Positions 17,845 through 28,894 of a stretch of DNA of 28,894 bases are shown in pieces. The translations under genes and the position numbers were made by a program. The stretch is from Latescibacteria bacterium UBA2968 (GTDB lineage: Bacteria > Latescibacterota > UBA2968 > GCA-2709665): NCBI GenBank assembly GCA_963694355.1, contig CAVOEZ010000001.1:1-28894 (forward strand), written 5' to 3'. The notes below the pieces were generated by a model that worked only from the letters and a program-made list of their open reading frames with translations, had not been told where the DNA came from and did no database searches. The first letter of the stretch is position 1. Each line of letters begins with the position of its first letter.

Positions 17845-18714
17845 ATGGCTACGCACGATTCGCTTTTTGATGTCAGCGGAAAAACGGCAATTGTAACGGG
17901 AGCGTCCTCCGGGCTTGGCGCTATGTTTGCCAGGACGCTTGCGGAACGAGGGGCCAATGTGGTCCTCACCGCACGTCGGGAAGAGAACTTGAAACAGGTC
18001 CAGACCGAGATCGAGAGCTCGGGAGGCACTGCTGCGTCCGTGGTCTGTGATGTGACCGATGTCGAACAAGTGCAAAAGGCTCTCGCGGTGACGAAAGAGA
18101 CATTTGGTCGCCCGGACATTCTCGTCTGCAATGCGGGTACGGCAGCAGATGGGGGAATGATGCCGGAGAAGGTGCCGCACGATGTGTTTGAGCAGGTGAT
18201 CAAGGTCAATCTCACGGGTGTATGGCATTGTTGCCGTGAGGTGGGAACTGAGATGCTGAGCGACGGGAAGGGCGGGTCGATCATCAACATTGCGTCAATT
18301 CTGGGTCTATCGGGACAGGCCGATTACCCTGTCGCCTATCACGCGTCGAAGGCCGGCGTGATCAATATGACCCGCGTCCTCGCGTGCAGCTGGTCAAACC
18401 GTGGCGTGCGTGTGAACGCGATTGCACCCGGATATTTTCCCAGCGAGATGACCGAGGCGCTCCTGGATACGCCTCCGTTCAGGGAACGTGTGGAGAGCCA
18501 GTCGGCCATGGCACGGGTTGGGCGTCCCGAGGAACTGGCAGGAGCGTTGCTTCTCCTGGCATCGGGGGCAGGCAGCTTCATAACAGGACACACGCTGGCC
18601 GTGGATGGCGGCTTCAGTGCCTCCATTGGTGCCACACCATTTGGTTCTGAGTTGAGCGGACTTTTTGCGGAAATGATGCCGGACGGGTTGGGCAAGCGGA
18701 TTGGAATCGAGTGA
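17845..18714 (+). CDS. Short-chain dehydrogenase/reductase (SDR)
   Basis: TGASSGLG, CNAG, NIAS, YHASK (YxxxK), RVNAIAPG, VDGG. Confidence 0.93.
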   Translation: MATHDSLFDVSGKTAIVTGASSGLGAMFARTLAERGANVVLTARREENLKQVQTEIESSGGTAASVVCDVTDVEQVQKALAVTKETFGRPDILVCNAGTAADGGMMPEKVPHDVFEQVIKVNLTGVWHCCREVGTEMLSDGKGGSIINIASILGLSGQADYPVAYHASKAGVINMTRVLACSWSNRGVRVNAIAPGYFPSEMTEALLDTPPFRERVESQSAMARVGRPEELAGALLLLASGAGSFITGHTLAVDGGFSASIGATPFGSELSGLFAEMMPDGLGKRIGIE

Positions 18715-18831
18715 GGATGACGAAAATCCCTCAATCCACTCAGTAGAACACCGGGAGGGATTCCGCCAACAGACCCTGGACACCGAGGCCGAGTCATTTC
18801 ATTACCCTGGAATTAAAAGGAATTGCGAAGC

Positions 18832-20253
18832 ATGAACAAACCTCGCCCCAACATCGTCTTCATCATGTCCGACGATCACGCGTCACACGCAATGAGTTGT
18901 TATGGAAGTCGGATCAACCAGACGCCGAATCTGGATCGCATTGCCAATGGCGGGATGCGTTTCGACAATTGCTTCTGCACCAATGCCATTTGCACGCCCA
19001 GTCGCGCAGCGATCCTCACCGGAACATACAACCACGTAAACGAGGTAACGACGCTCGCGACGCCGATGGACAACCGACTGCAGACGTTCCCCAAGCTTCT
19101 CCAGGACAATGGCTATCAGACCGGCATCTTCGGCAAGTGGCATCTCGGCACCGGTCCAGATCACTGCCCGACCGGGTTCGACGACTGGGCTGTATTGCCG
19201 GGCCAGGGGCGCTATCACAATCCGGAATTCATCTTCAAAGGCCCCAACGGCGGCACGAAACGAACGGTACCCGGCTATGTGACCGATCTGATCACCGATA
19301 TGTCCCTCGACTTTCTGAAGGATCGGGATCGAGACCGACCGTTCTGTTTGCTCTATCATCACAAGGCCCCCCATAGGCCCTGGTATCCGGATGAAAAGCA
19401 CGCAGACATGTATTTGAACGAAGACGTTCCCGAACCGGAAACGTTGCACGATCAATACGAAAACCGTTCATCCGCAGCAGCCGCCGCCGAAATGCGTGTA
19501 GGGGTGCATATGACACCCACAGATCTCAAATGCGAAATCCCCAAGGAGATGCCTGAAAAGGAATTGCGAGAGTGGGCGTATCAGCGCTACATCAAAGACT
19601 ACCTCCGGGTTGTGGCCAGCATCGATGACAATGTCGGGCGCGTGCTGGACTTCCTGGATGAAGAGGGATTGACTGAGAACACCCTGATCATCTATACCTC
19701 CGACCAGGGATTCTTCCTCGGAGATCATGGCTGGTATGACAAGCGGTTCATGTACGAAGAATCTCTGCGCATGCCCTTCATTCTTCGATACCCGAAGGAG
19801 GTTCAGCCCGGTTCGGTCAACGATGACATGCTACTCAACGTCGACTTCGCTTCTCTCTTTCTGGATCTGGCGGGCGTGCAGATTCCATCTGACTTCCAGG
19901 GTCGAAGTTTTCGTGAAATTCTGAAGGGTGATACGCCGCCGGACTGGCGAAAGGCCATGTACTATCGCTACTGGATGCACAAATCGCATCACAACGTTTA
20001 TGCGCACTACGGTATTCGGACAGAAACTCACAAACTCATCTACTACTACTCAGATGCGCTTGGGCAAGCGGGCACAATTGATGAAACGTACGAGCCCGAA
20101 TGGGAATTGTTTGATCTTCGGAAGGACCCGCACGAACTGAACAACGTCTACAGCGATCCGGCCTACGCTGCGACCGTCGAAACATTGAAGGATGAGATGC
20201 ACCGGTTGCAGGAGGAAGTTGGAGACGAGCGCTATGTCAAAGACACGGCCTGA
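18832..20253 (+). CDS. Cys-type (formylglycine-dependent) sulfatase, mucin-desulfating/GlcNAc-sulfatase-like
   Basis: PNIVFIMSDDH, CTPSRAAILTG (CxPxR), GKWH, HKAPH, TSDQG, DKRFMYEES. Confidence 0.93.
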   Translation: MNKPRPNIVFIMSDDHASHAMSCYGSRINQTPNLDRIANGGMRFDNCFCTNAICTPSRAAILTGTYNHVNEVTTLATPMDNRLQTFPKLLQDNGYQTGIFGKWHLGTGPDHCPTGFDDWAVLPGQGRYHNPEFIFKGPNGGTKRTVPGYVTDLITDMSLDFLKDRDRDRPFCLLYHHKAPHRPWYPDEKHADMYLNEDVPEPETLHDQYENRSSAAAAAEMRVGVHMTPTDLKCEIPKEMPEKELREWAYQRYIKDYLRVVASIDDNVGRVLDFLDEEGLTENTLIIYTSDQGFFLGDHGWYDKRFMYEESLRMPFILRYPKEVQPGSVNDDMLLNVDFASLFLDLAGVQIPSDFQGRSFREILKGDTPPDWRKAMYYRYWMHKSHHNVYAHYGIRTETHKLIYYYSDALGQAGTIDETYEPEWELFDLRKDPHELNNVYSDPAYAATVETLKDEMHRLQEEVGDERYVKDTA

Positions 20254-20369
20254 ACAGCATAGTTGCGAAACGAACATTGGAAGGTGTATGCAGTGATTAC
20301 TTCCGTGTTGAGCACTACGGCATTTCTCACTGGAATGTGACCTCCCCAGTCTGAGATAGAAACCAAAAT

Positions 20370-20418
20370 AAAAAGACGCACCGCACGAGTCATATCGCTC
20401 GTACGGTGCGTCTTTTTT
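20370..20418. terminator. Bidirectional intrinsic terminator between sulfatase and katG
   Basis: AAAAAGACGCACCG-c-ACGAG ... CTCGT-a-CGGTGCGTCTTTTT; A-tract and T-tract on either side. Confidence 0.85.
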
Positions 20419-20472
20419 CATGCCCTGGTGTCCAGTTTACCGCAACTGGTCATCCAGAAGAGAACTACCAAA

Positions 20473-22689
<2,217 letters not shown>

Positions 22690-22723
22690 TTATCGTAATT
22701 TTTTCAAATGTTCGGAATTCGCC

Positions 22724-23161
22724 TCATTCCCCCTCTGAAACTTGTGCTGCTGCGACACATTCGGGGCAGCGACCCCAATACACCACCTCTGCCTCATCGA
22801 TCTCGTAACCCGAATCGTCCGAGGCGGTCAAACAGGGCGTATCACCTACCGCGCAGTCCACATCCGTCATCTGACCGCACGAGCGACAAATCAGATGATG
22901 ATGGTTGTCGTCAATCCGGTCTTCATATCGCGCAGGCGACCCGGCAGGCTGAATTCGGCGAACCATACCCTTGTCGGACAGGAGCCGAAGCGCGTCATAC
23001 ACCGCCTGGCGAGAAATCACGCCAATTTCCGCCCGAACGACCTCGGCAACGTCATCCGCAGTCCCGTGAGGTCGACCGGACACCGCACGCATAACGGCCA
23101 GGCGCTGGGCCGTGGCCTGGACGCCATTGTTGCGAAGAAACGTGGCTGGGTCGTCAATCAT
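22724..23161 (-). CDS. furA: Fur-family regulator, FurA/PerR-like
   Basis: [56 protein letters not shown]; upstream of katG on the same strand. Confidence 0.9.
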   Translation of the reverse strand: MIDDPATFLRNNGVQATAQRLAVMRAVSGRPHGTADDVAEVVRAEIGVISRQAVYDALRLLSDKGMVRRIQPAGSPARYEDRIDDNHHHLICRSCGQMTDVDCAVGDTPCLTASDDSGYEIDEAEVVYWGRCPECVAAAQVSEGE

Positions 23162-23217
23162 GGCCGCAATGTATGTCTAATTCTGGACTGTGTCAAGAAT
23201 CATAGTATAGTCCAGAA
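23162..23217 (-). promoter_or_regulatory. furA promoter with FurA-box-like inverted repeats
   Basis: Minus strand TTGACA-17-TACATT-6-ATG; TTCTTGAC-N3-GTCCAGAA overlaps the -35; second TTCTGGACT half-site (23209-23217). Confidence 0.75.
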
Positions 23218-23385
23218 AATTTCAGGGGTGAAAGTTCCAGGAGTAGAGCAACTTTGTCCTGAAAAACCGACGCTGTAACTTGACAATCTTAGGTGAAGGC
23301 TTTTTCTTTATAACGTACCAATCTGCGGGAGGGATACGCACAACCTGCTGCCCGATCAGGGTTTATAGGTATTCACATCAGGTGT

Positions 23386-23454
23386 GTCGACCTCAAAAAC
23401 GGATATTCCATTCTTGAAATTCGGACGCCTCGGGAGATCATACAAGATGCGTAA
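23386..23454 (+). pseudogene. C-terminal stub of a PIN-domain toxin
   Basis: VDLKNGYSILEIRTPREIIQDA* matches the recalled N...GY..LEIRSPREV terminus; TAA overlaps the next ATG. Confidence 0.55.
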
Positions 23455-23647
23455 AAAGTCTACAAAATCTTTTGATTGTGTACAGAGCATGCGCCAAATT
23501 CGGGATGGTATCAGCTCTGAGATTTCGGAAATGAACTACAACGAGCTTCGTATGTGGCTTCGAACCCGAAAATATTCGGACCCCAACATTAAACGGCTGA
23601 AAGAACTGGTTGATCGACAAGTGTCCGACTTCACTCCTCAGAGTTAG
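23447..23647 (+). CDS. Small PIN-associated antitoxin-like protein
   Basis: KKSTKSFDCVQSMRQIRD.IS.EI..M..NEL pattern, recalled from small partners encoded downstream of PIN genes. Confidence 0.6.
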   Translation: MRKKSTKSFDCVQSMRQIRDGISSEISEMNYNELRMWLRTRKYSDPNIKRLKELVDRQVSDFTPQS

Positions 23648-23907
23648 CAGACAGTTGGCATACGTTGATAATTCTTAGAATACTGAGCTGAATGCAATCT
23701 CCTCAGTTCAAGGTGCTCCAAGCAGGTTTGCTCAACACCCGCGCATTGAATAGTAGGTCCCCCATCTTCGCACGCTCGCTTCAAAGACGCGTCCTACCAT
23801 ATCCTCGAGGTCCGGGAACCCCTCTATCGTCCGCACCACAAGCCCCATGTCGTCCCGAGGCATTAACTCGAAAGTCTCAGACTGAATCTATTTCCACAGA
23901 TGCAAAC

Positions 23908-24135
23908 TCAGTCGCTACGAGCTGATGACGCCCATTTAATGCGGATTTTCTTCTTCGAGTCGGCGCAATCACGAAGGAAAAGGCTGATTAAACTCTGATA
24001 AGGGATCCCGCTATCGGCCGCCAGCTCTTTGAAGTAATCGATGACATCCGTTTCAAGGCGGATCGTAACCTGCTTCTTGAGCTTCCTGGCGTAGGGGTTC
24101 TTCTTCGCCTTTGAGAAATCGTATTCGTCACGCAT
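23908..24135 (-). CDS. brnA: BrnA-family (RHH) antitoxin
   Basis: MRDEYDFSKAKKNPYA..KKQVTIRL..DVIDYFK..A...GIPYQSLI.LFL. Confidence 0.88.
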   Translation of the reverse strand: MRDEYDFSKAKKNPYARKLKKQVTIRLETDVIDYFKELAADSGIPYQSLISLFLRDCADSKKKIRIKWASSARSD

Positions 24136-24137
24136 CG

Positions 24138-24209
24138 TCAAGGTCCCAGTGTGTATTTCCGAGCCTCATTCCTGGTGGCTCTGCGGGCACTCATGAGCCT
24201 ACGGAACCC
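24138..24209 (-). pseudogene. brnT: C-terminal stub of BrnT toxin
   Basis: RRLMSARRATRNEARKY...* matches the IRIISARKAT..E...Y terminus; stop lies 2 nt before the brnA ATG. Confidence 0.75.
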
Positions 24210-24418
24210 GTGAGAGCTTTCATTTCGTGATCGAGCACAGCTTCAATCTGCCAGGGTGCCACACCAGGGAACCACTCTAGAAACTGCTCCGTTGAGGCAC
24301 CATCTTTGATATTCTCAAAAAGGGCAGCCAAAGGAACACGTGTGTTCTTGAATATCCAGGCGCCACTGACTTTTTCAGGATCGCGTTCAACTGCCTCACA
24401 GGTTTCCCAGGTTGCCAT
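24191..24418 (-). CDS. DUF433-domain protein (putative antitoxin)
   Basis: VERDPEKVSGAWIFKNTRVPL..LFENI..G.S.EQFLEWFPGV...QI.AVL; RBS GGAGAAGG before ATG 24418. Confidence 0.88.
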   Translation of the reverse strand: MATWETCEAVERDPEKVSGAWIFKNTRVPLAALFENIKDGASTEQFLEWFPGVAPWQIEAVLDHEMKALTGSVGS

Positions 24419-24585
24419 TTGCCTTCTCCAGGTCGTGTGTTCAGGTCTAAAATTGAGGATATTCTGGCTTCGAACCTGACGCAGATAGTGTACTTCCGGG
24501 GTGCCTTTCAGAGTAAATATAGCCCCTATTACGTACTCCAACAACTTCCGCGATTATTGGCTTTGGTGTCGTGGTTTTTCGGCGG

Positions 24586-24679
24586 CTACCGGTATACGTC
24601 ACCTCGATGACCTACCTTCACGACATGCGCCACGAGGGTTGCACCGCAGATGGCTTGATGAGAACCTATATCTTGCCGC
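24586..24679 (-). pseudogene. RelE/ParE toxin with large internal deletion
   Basis: N-terminal ARY/VLIKPSAV joined to C-terminal LVAHVVKVGHRGDVYR*; core missing; no start codon at the expected overlap position. Confidence 0.75.
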
Positions 24680-24899
24680 CGCGCTTAAGGTCCTTCACGA
24701 CCTTCTCAAACGAGAGATTCGCCTCGGAAGCCCGTTCCTCGAACGCGTTCAGATCCTCGGCATCCTCGGCCAGAGAAGCCTTTACTGCTTCGTTCACCAG
24801 GTCGGAGACCGATCGGTCCATCTCAGCCGCCTTCAGGCGTAATACCCTGTGGATGACCGGATCGAAGTAGACGGTGGTGCGTTTGGTGCGAGTAGACAT
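24666..24899 (-). CDS. CopG/RHH-family antitoxin
   Basis: KRTTVYFDP.IHRVLRLKAAE.DRSVSDLVNEAV..SLAEDAEDL.AFEERA.E...SFE.VVKDLKR.GKI. Confidence 0.85.
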   Translation of the reverse strand: MSTRTKRTTVYFDPVIHRVLRLKAAEMDRSVSDLVNEAVKASLAEDAEDLNAFEERASEANLSFEKVVKDLKRGGKI

Positions 24900-24935
24900 A
24901 CGGTAAATGTAGCAACCTTAACGTTATAGCGTCAA
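24900..24935 (-). promoter_or_regulatory. Probable leaderless promoter with RHH operator
   Basis: Minus strand TTGACG-18-(TGc)TACATT-6-ATG; palindrome TAACGTTA (24919-24926). Confidence 0.7.
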
Positions 24936-25129
24936 GACACTAAGAGGATACTCTGAAAACCACCTCGCGCTGGATGTCTATCGATAACCGGCCCTCCCGA
25001 CCTGTTGACGATTCGCACCTCACGAAATGGGTCTTATTCTACCTTCGTCAGGAATGCCATAAGATGAGCGGGCGGCATGTCCTCGCTGCCATGAGGGTAT
25101 CAATCAGTGGAGGGTGACCGGATATCAGG

Positions 25130-25192
25130 ATAATCAAGGCTGCCTTGAATATGGAGAGAATCATCCCCTATATTCAAGGCAGCCTTGATTAT
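25130..25192. repeat. 23-bp perfect inverted repeat whose arms are themselves palindromic
   Basis: ATAATCAAGGCTGCCTTGAATAT-N17-ATATTCAAGGCAGCCTTGATTAT; each arm contains TCAAGGC-N-GCCTTGA. Confidence 0.85.
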
Positions 25193-25440
25193 GGATGGCA
25201 TTTTATGGCATATTCTAGGCAACACGACATTGGCGACCTCTTCTAGGGGATGTAAAAAATAGAAATCGATGAGCAATCACCTCAACGAGATCCACACAAC
25301 GACATGCTGGTTGGAATACCACGAGCAGTTGAAGATCTACAGTATAGCCGCATAGCCGCTTGACGTGTTGGGCGCCGAAACCTGTGATAACAACCCGGTG
25401 GCGTCTGCGCCTCCGTTGCTACATTGAATCTGGAGACACT

Positions 25441-25572
25441 ATGATGGACAAATTCACTGACCAGGCGAAGCGATTCTGGCAGGATAGTATTGCAGCTGCA
25501 TATATATCATTCAAATTCATATTAAACAAATATTTAAACGTGAACGATGTGTTGTCTTGTTTCTGGGAATAG
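25441..25572 (+). CDS. Short ORF or gene stub (43 aa), unknown
   Basis: TGcTACATT at 25417-25425 and GGAG RBS precede ATG; after MMDKFTDQAKRFWQ the sequence becomes very AT-rich and may not be coding. Confidence 0.3.
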   Translation: MMDKFTDQAKRFWQDSIAAAYISFKFILNKYLNVNDVLSCFWE

Positions 25573-25577
25573 GTCAT

Positions 25578-25796
25578 CTAATCGGAGGACATACGCAATT
25601 CTTGAACGCACCCAAAGGCGCCGCGCACAAATTCAATGATTTCTCCTAACTCATTGAGGATTCCATAAGAGATCCGGATCTATACGGACCGGGCATACTG
25701 AGTGTAATTCTTTAAGCGTTCAGGAACTTGATCCTGCCTGAGCTCCCTGTAGTCCCAAACTGCACCTTGGCGGTCCGCTAGAAGCAGGCTGCCCAT
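25578..25796 (-). pseudogene. 73-codon ORF split by one in-frame TAG, unknown
   Basis: MGSLLLADRQGAVWDYRELRQDQVPERLKNYTQYARSV*IRISYGILNELGEIIEFVRGAFGCVQELRMSSD*; TTGACA-17-AAAATT and a G-rich RBS upstream. Confidence 0.3.
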
Positions 25797-26059
25797 TTGA
25801 TAATCCCCCCTACAGTTGCCACCACACGTTAATTTTCCTTACCTTTTTGCTTGTGTCAAGATTAACAGGGCGCCTGGTTGTCCTTCGGTTTTCCCATTAT
25901 CTTTGATCTAGGCTCCGCCTCTGAACCGGATGCTACTATAGCGTCTTGCGTGGTTTGATTGATTTCTTGGCGTTAATTGATTTATGGATAGTACTGAACC
26001 ATGTTATTTTTGTCACTCAGAAATCAACTGTTGCGTTTATCAACTACGAGTTGCCCCAA

Positions 26060-28894
26060 GTGAACAGCGATCACAATGATTTGCTAATAACCAGCTGCGT
26101 TCTGGATCAGCTTGTACATCTTTGCGGTCAATACCCAATCCGGAAAAAATCGCTGTTCCTCCCCTCCCTCCAAACCGGCTACAACCTGATCTCTTCCCTG
26201 ACCGCATCAGATGTCTCCACCCTCAACCTCAAAACAACCACCCCTTCCACCTTCGCCCTTGATCTGATCCAGCCGCAGCTCGATGCTGAGGGTTTGAAAT
26301 CCCTCGACACCCAATCTGCCCCATTCCTCATCGAGCGCCTCCTGGCCGACATAACCAATCGCCTTCCCGACCACTACTTCTCCTCCCTCCCGCTCACCCA
26401 GGACCTGCTCAGCACCTTCCTCCAACTGATTCTGGACCTGCGCCGCGCCAATGTCTCACTGGATCACCTTAAGAGCCAGACGCTCGGATCGCAAAAAGAC
26501 GAATTGATCTCGGAAATCTACGCTGCATACCTGAGCTTCCTGGCTCAGGAGCAGTACGTTGATGCTGCTGATATACTGTCGCGTGCGCTCGCCTCCTGCA
26601 CCAATGCAAACCACTCAGATACGATATTCGCCATCCTGGACGAAACCACACTCTCTGCCCTCGAATACCAATTTATCCACGCGATATCTGGTGGCAACAT
26701 CTACCGCATAGGCCGAGATGATTATGGCGATGTCCCGCTGCCGCCGCACAGTGCAGCCTTCCGCTTTCCCGATGCGCCCTTCCCTTGCAAGCCGCAGGAA
26801 ATCGCCCCAGGCGGAAGACTCCTCCAACCAGACGGGCTCACCCCGGAAGACGCGGACCGGTACATCCTTAAAACCGCCATAGGTGTCGAGAACGAGGTGC
26901 GGGCCATCTTCCAGGACATCCTGCACCAGGAACTCCCCCTGGACACCGTCGAAATCGCGTACACAGTAGAGAACCCCTACCTCACCCTTCTCTTCGACAC
27001 CGCAGACGCACTGGGACTGCCGGTAGCATATGCCGGCGGCATCCCCATACACCTTACCCGTCCGGGCCAGGCACTCCTGGGTTTCTACGCCTGGATCGCC
27101 TCCAACTTCTCCATCGATGAACTCCTCTCGCTGTGCCGGGCAGACCTCCTCACATTCAACAACATACTCAACGAAGACTCGTTCCTCGATCCCCAACGGG
27201 CAGCAGGCATCCTCCAGCAGATGCCTCCACCAAATCATCGCCATGCCTACGCTCGCAGCCTTGATCGTCTTAGCCAGTTAGCAAGCACACAGGTTGACAG
27301 GGAACAGGATGAAGACACACCCTCGGAGGATCCCGCCGCGGCCGAACCAATCGTAAACCAGACTCGAATCTTTGTCGACAAATTGCTGGAAATTGTCCCG
27401 GAACGCGAAACCAGTGTCACCGAAATGGCCAACGCAGGCCGGACCTTCCTGGAACTCTTCGCCCCGGTACGCACCAATCTAGATGCCACGGCAAAACGTG
27501 CCCTCACCGAAACCCTCGCCGGTCTGGAAGTGCCCTTTGCCGTCTCATCATCCCCCGGCCGAATCTCTACTCAAATCAGATCCATCCTGTCGCAGCAGAA
27601 AATAGCCACTTCCGTCGCCGGACCCGGGCGCCTCTATGTGGTCCCACTCGACGTGGCGGGCTACACGAACCGTCCCAACCAATACGTGCTGGGCATGGCG
27701 GAAGGGTCATTCCCCGGGGGATTCACCGAAGATCCCATACTTCTGGATCACGAACGCCTCTCGATCTCCCCCGAATTGCCTCTGCGCCGCAACCGTCCGT
27801 CTCGCAATGTCTGGCACCTCATCCGCCTCCTGGGTGTCTCGCCCGGAAAGGTCACCCTCACCGCGTGCACCCACAACCTGGCCGACGGCCGTCAGACCTA
27901 TCCCGCCGCCCTCTTCAGGCAGGCGGGCGAACAAATGGGCGGTGAAGATTTCGAACCCCGCATACCCCGTCCGGTGCCTGCAGCTGACCTGGCGCTTAAT
28001 GAAATGGAACACCTCCTCGCGCACAGAGCGAATTCGACTGCCAGCAATACGCTCGTCGAACACTGTCCCTGGCTCATATCCGGCCAGGACGCGCTTGAAT
28101 CCAGAACCGGTGTGGGGTACACACGCTTCGACGGCATCCTCGGCTTCCATCCCCCCGGGCAAAACCTTGCAGACGGAACCGAACTCCTGTCCGCCTCACG
28201 TCTCGAAACCCTTGCGACCTGTCCCAGAAAGTACTATCTGAAATACGTCCTGGACATATCACCCCTGGACACACCTGTCGCAGATCCCTTCGTCTGGCTT
28301 TCTCCCCTGGAATTGGGCTCCCTGCTGCACGACGTCTTCTGCACCTTCATGCAGTCACTCAAAGACATCGGCGCCAAACCCAGCGTGGAAACCCACACAC
28401 CCCTCATTCAGGAAATACTTCAGCTCGCCATCGATCAAATACGAAAGCGCGTACCCGTTCTCCACGAAGCCGCATACCGGTCGGACTGCACTCGCCTAAC
28501 ACGTTCTGCTGAAATATTCCTCGCAAGCGAAGCCGCTCGTACCAATGTAGAACCCGTGGCATTCGAAGCCGCATTCGGGTACCCAACAACGTGCCCCACG
28601 GAATACAACAGTGTGGAACCTGTCCGAATCCGCCTCTCGGACCGGATTGAACTCCTGATGCGGGGACGCATCGACCGGGTGGATCGCACCGAAGAAGGCA
28701 TCGAAGTCTGGGATTACAAAACCGGATCCACCGTCATATTCGACCAGAACGACATGCTCGGAAAAGGCAGGCATCTGCAATGGGCGCTCTACGCCTACGC
28801 CCTGGAGGAAATGCTCAAACCAACCGATCCCCAAACACAGGTCGTGCGCTCTGGATACTTCTTTCCCGGAGACCGGGGCGGTGGCGTACGAATA
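26060..28894 (+). CDS. AddB/RexB-like inactive-helicase + PD-(D/E)XK nuclease subunit, 3'-truncated by window edge
   Basis: Frame open from 25925 to the window end (checked at several points; absent from the ORF track because it has no stop); SASRLETLATCPRKYYLKYVL, LGSLLHDV, RGRIDRVD, VWDYKTG, HLQWALYAY; start uncertain (GTG 26060 or a nearby TTG). Confidence 0.88.
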   Translation, partial: MNSDHNDLLITSCVLDQLVHLCGQYPIRKKSLFLPSLQTGYNLISSLTASDVSTLNLKTTTPSTFALDLIQPQLDAEGLKSLDTQSAPFLIERLLADITNRLPDHYFSSLPLTQDLLSTFLQLILDLRRANVSLDHLKSQTLGSQKDELISEIYAAYLSFLAQEQYVDAADILSRALASCTNANHSDTIFAILDETTLSALEYQFIHAISGGNIYRIGRDDYGDVPLPPHSAAFRFPDAPFPCKPQEIAPGGRLLQPDGLTPEDADRYILKTAIGVENEVRAIFQDILHQELPLDTVEIAYTVENPYLTLLFDTADALGLPVAYAGGIPIHLTRPGQALLGFYAWIASNFSIDELLSLCRADLLTFNNILNEDSFLDPQRAAGILQQMPPPNHRHAYARSLDRLSQLASTQVDREQDEDTPSEDPAAAEPIVNQTRIFVDKLLEIVPERETSVTEMANAGRTFLELFAPVRTNLDATAKRALTETLAGLEVPFAVSSSPGRISTQIRSILSQQKIATSVAGPGRLYVVPLDVAGYTNRPNQYVLGMAEGSFPGGFTEDPILLDHERLSISPELPLRRNRPSRNVWHLIRLLGVSPGKVTLTACTHNLADGRQTYPAALFRQAGEQMGGEDFEPRIPRPVPAADLALNEMEHLLAHRANSTASNTLVEHCPWLISGQDALESRTGVGYTRFDGILGFHPPGQNLADGTELLSASRLETLATCPRKYYLKYVLDISPLDTPVADPFVWLSPLELGSLLHDVFCTFMQSLKDIGAKPSVETHTPLIQEILQLAIDQIRKRVPVLHEAAYRSDCTRLTRSAEIFLASEAARTNVEPVAFEAAFGYPTTCPTEYNSVEPVRIRLSDRIELLMRGRIDRVDRTEEGIEVWDYKTGSTVIFDQNDMLGKGRHLQWALYAYALEEMLKPTDPQTQVVRSGYFFPGDRGGGVRI

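Noticed and set aside
23690-23880. Minus-strand ~50-codon frame (MPRDDMGLVVRTIEGFPDLEDM...)
   Set aside because: May be a gene shard, but no family could be recognised
26207-28834. ORF-track entries in this interval (minus-strand ORFs and the 27030 and 27636 plus-strand ORFs)
   Set aside because: All overlap the continuous AddB-like frame, which carries the real motifs

Overview
About 29 kb of GC-rich bacterial accessory-type chromosome. The taxon cannot be fixed from sequence alone; the gene mix resembles Latescibacterota/Poribacteria-like heterotrophs, which is inference only. Intact genes: partial CPBP protease, a UvrD/PcrA-like helicase paralogue, a BNR/sialidase-fold protein, a DUF4185-like propeller, an HI1419/HI1420-type TA pair, DUF5069, a tandem SIS-like protein, HigA, a SAM methyltransferase, an amidohydrolase, a PhyH-like dioxygenase/HEAT fusion, a large beta-propeller, a Gfo/Idh/MocA + SDR + sulfatase run, furA-katG, several small antitoxins, and an AddB/RexB-like PD-(D/E)XK nuclease. 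That nuclease runs off the right edge and is absent from the supplied ORF track. Manual translation shows many gene remnants (GH38, HigB, DUF1016, MarC, IS3, PIN, BrnT, RelE). Two patterns stand out. First, the toxin is destroyed and the antitoxin left intact in four TA modules; a fifth antitoxin-type gene (DUF433) has no toxin at all. Second, an exact TACATT-N6-start architecture sits in front of four autoregulated genes, implying leaderless mRNAs. There are also a nested-palindrome element and weak attC-like half sites. No CRISPR array, rRNA or tRNA was seen.
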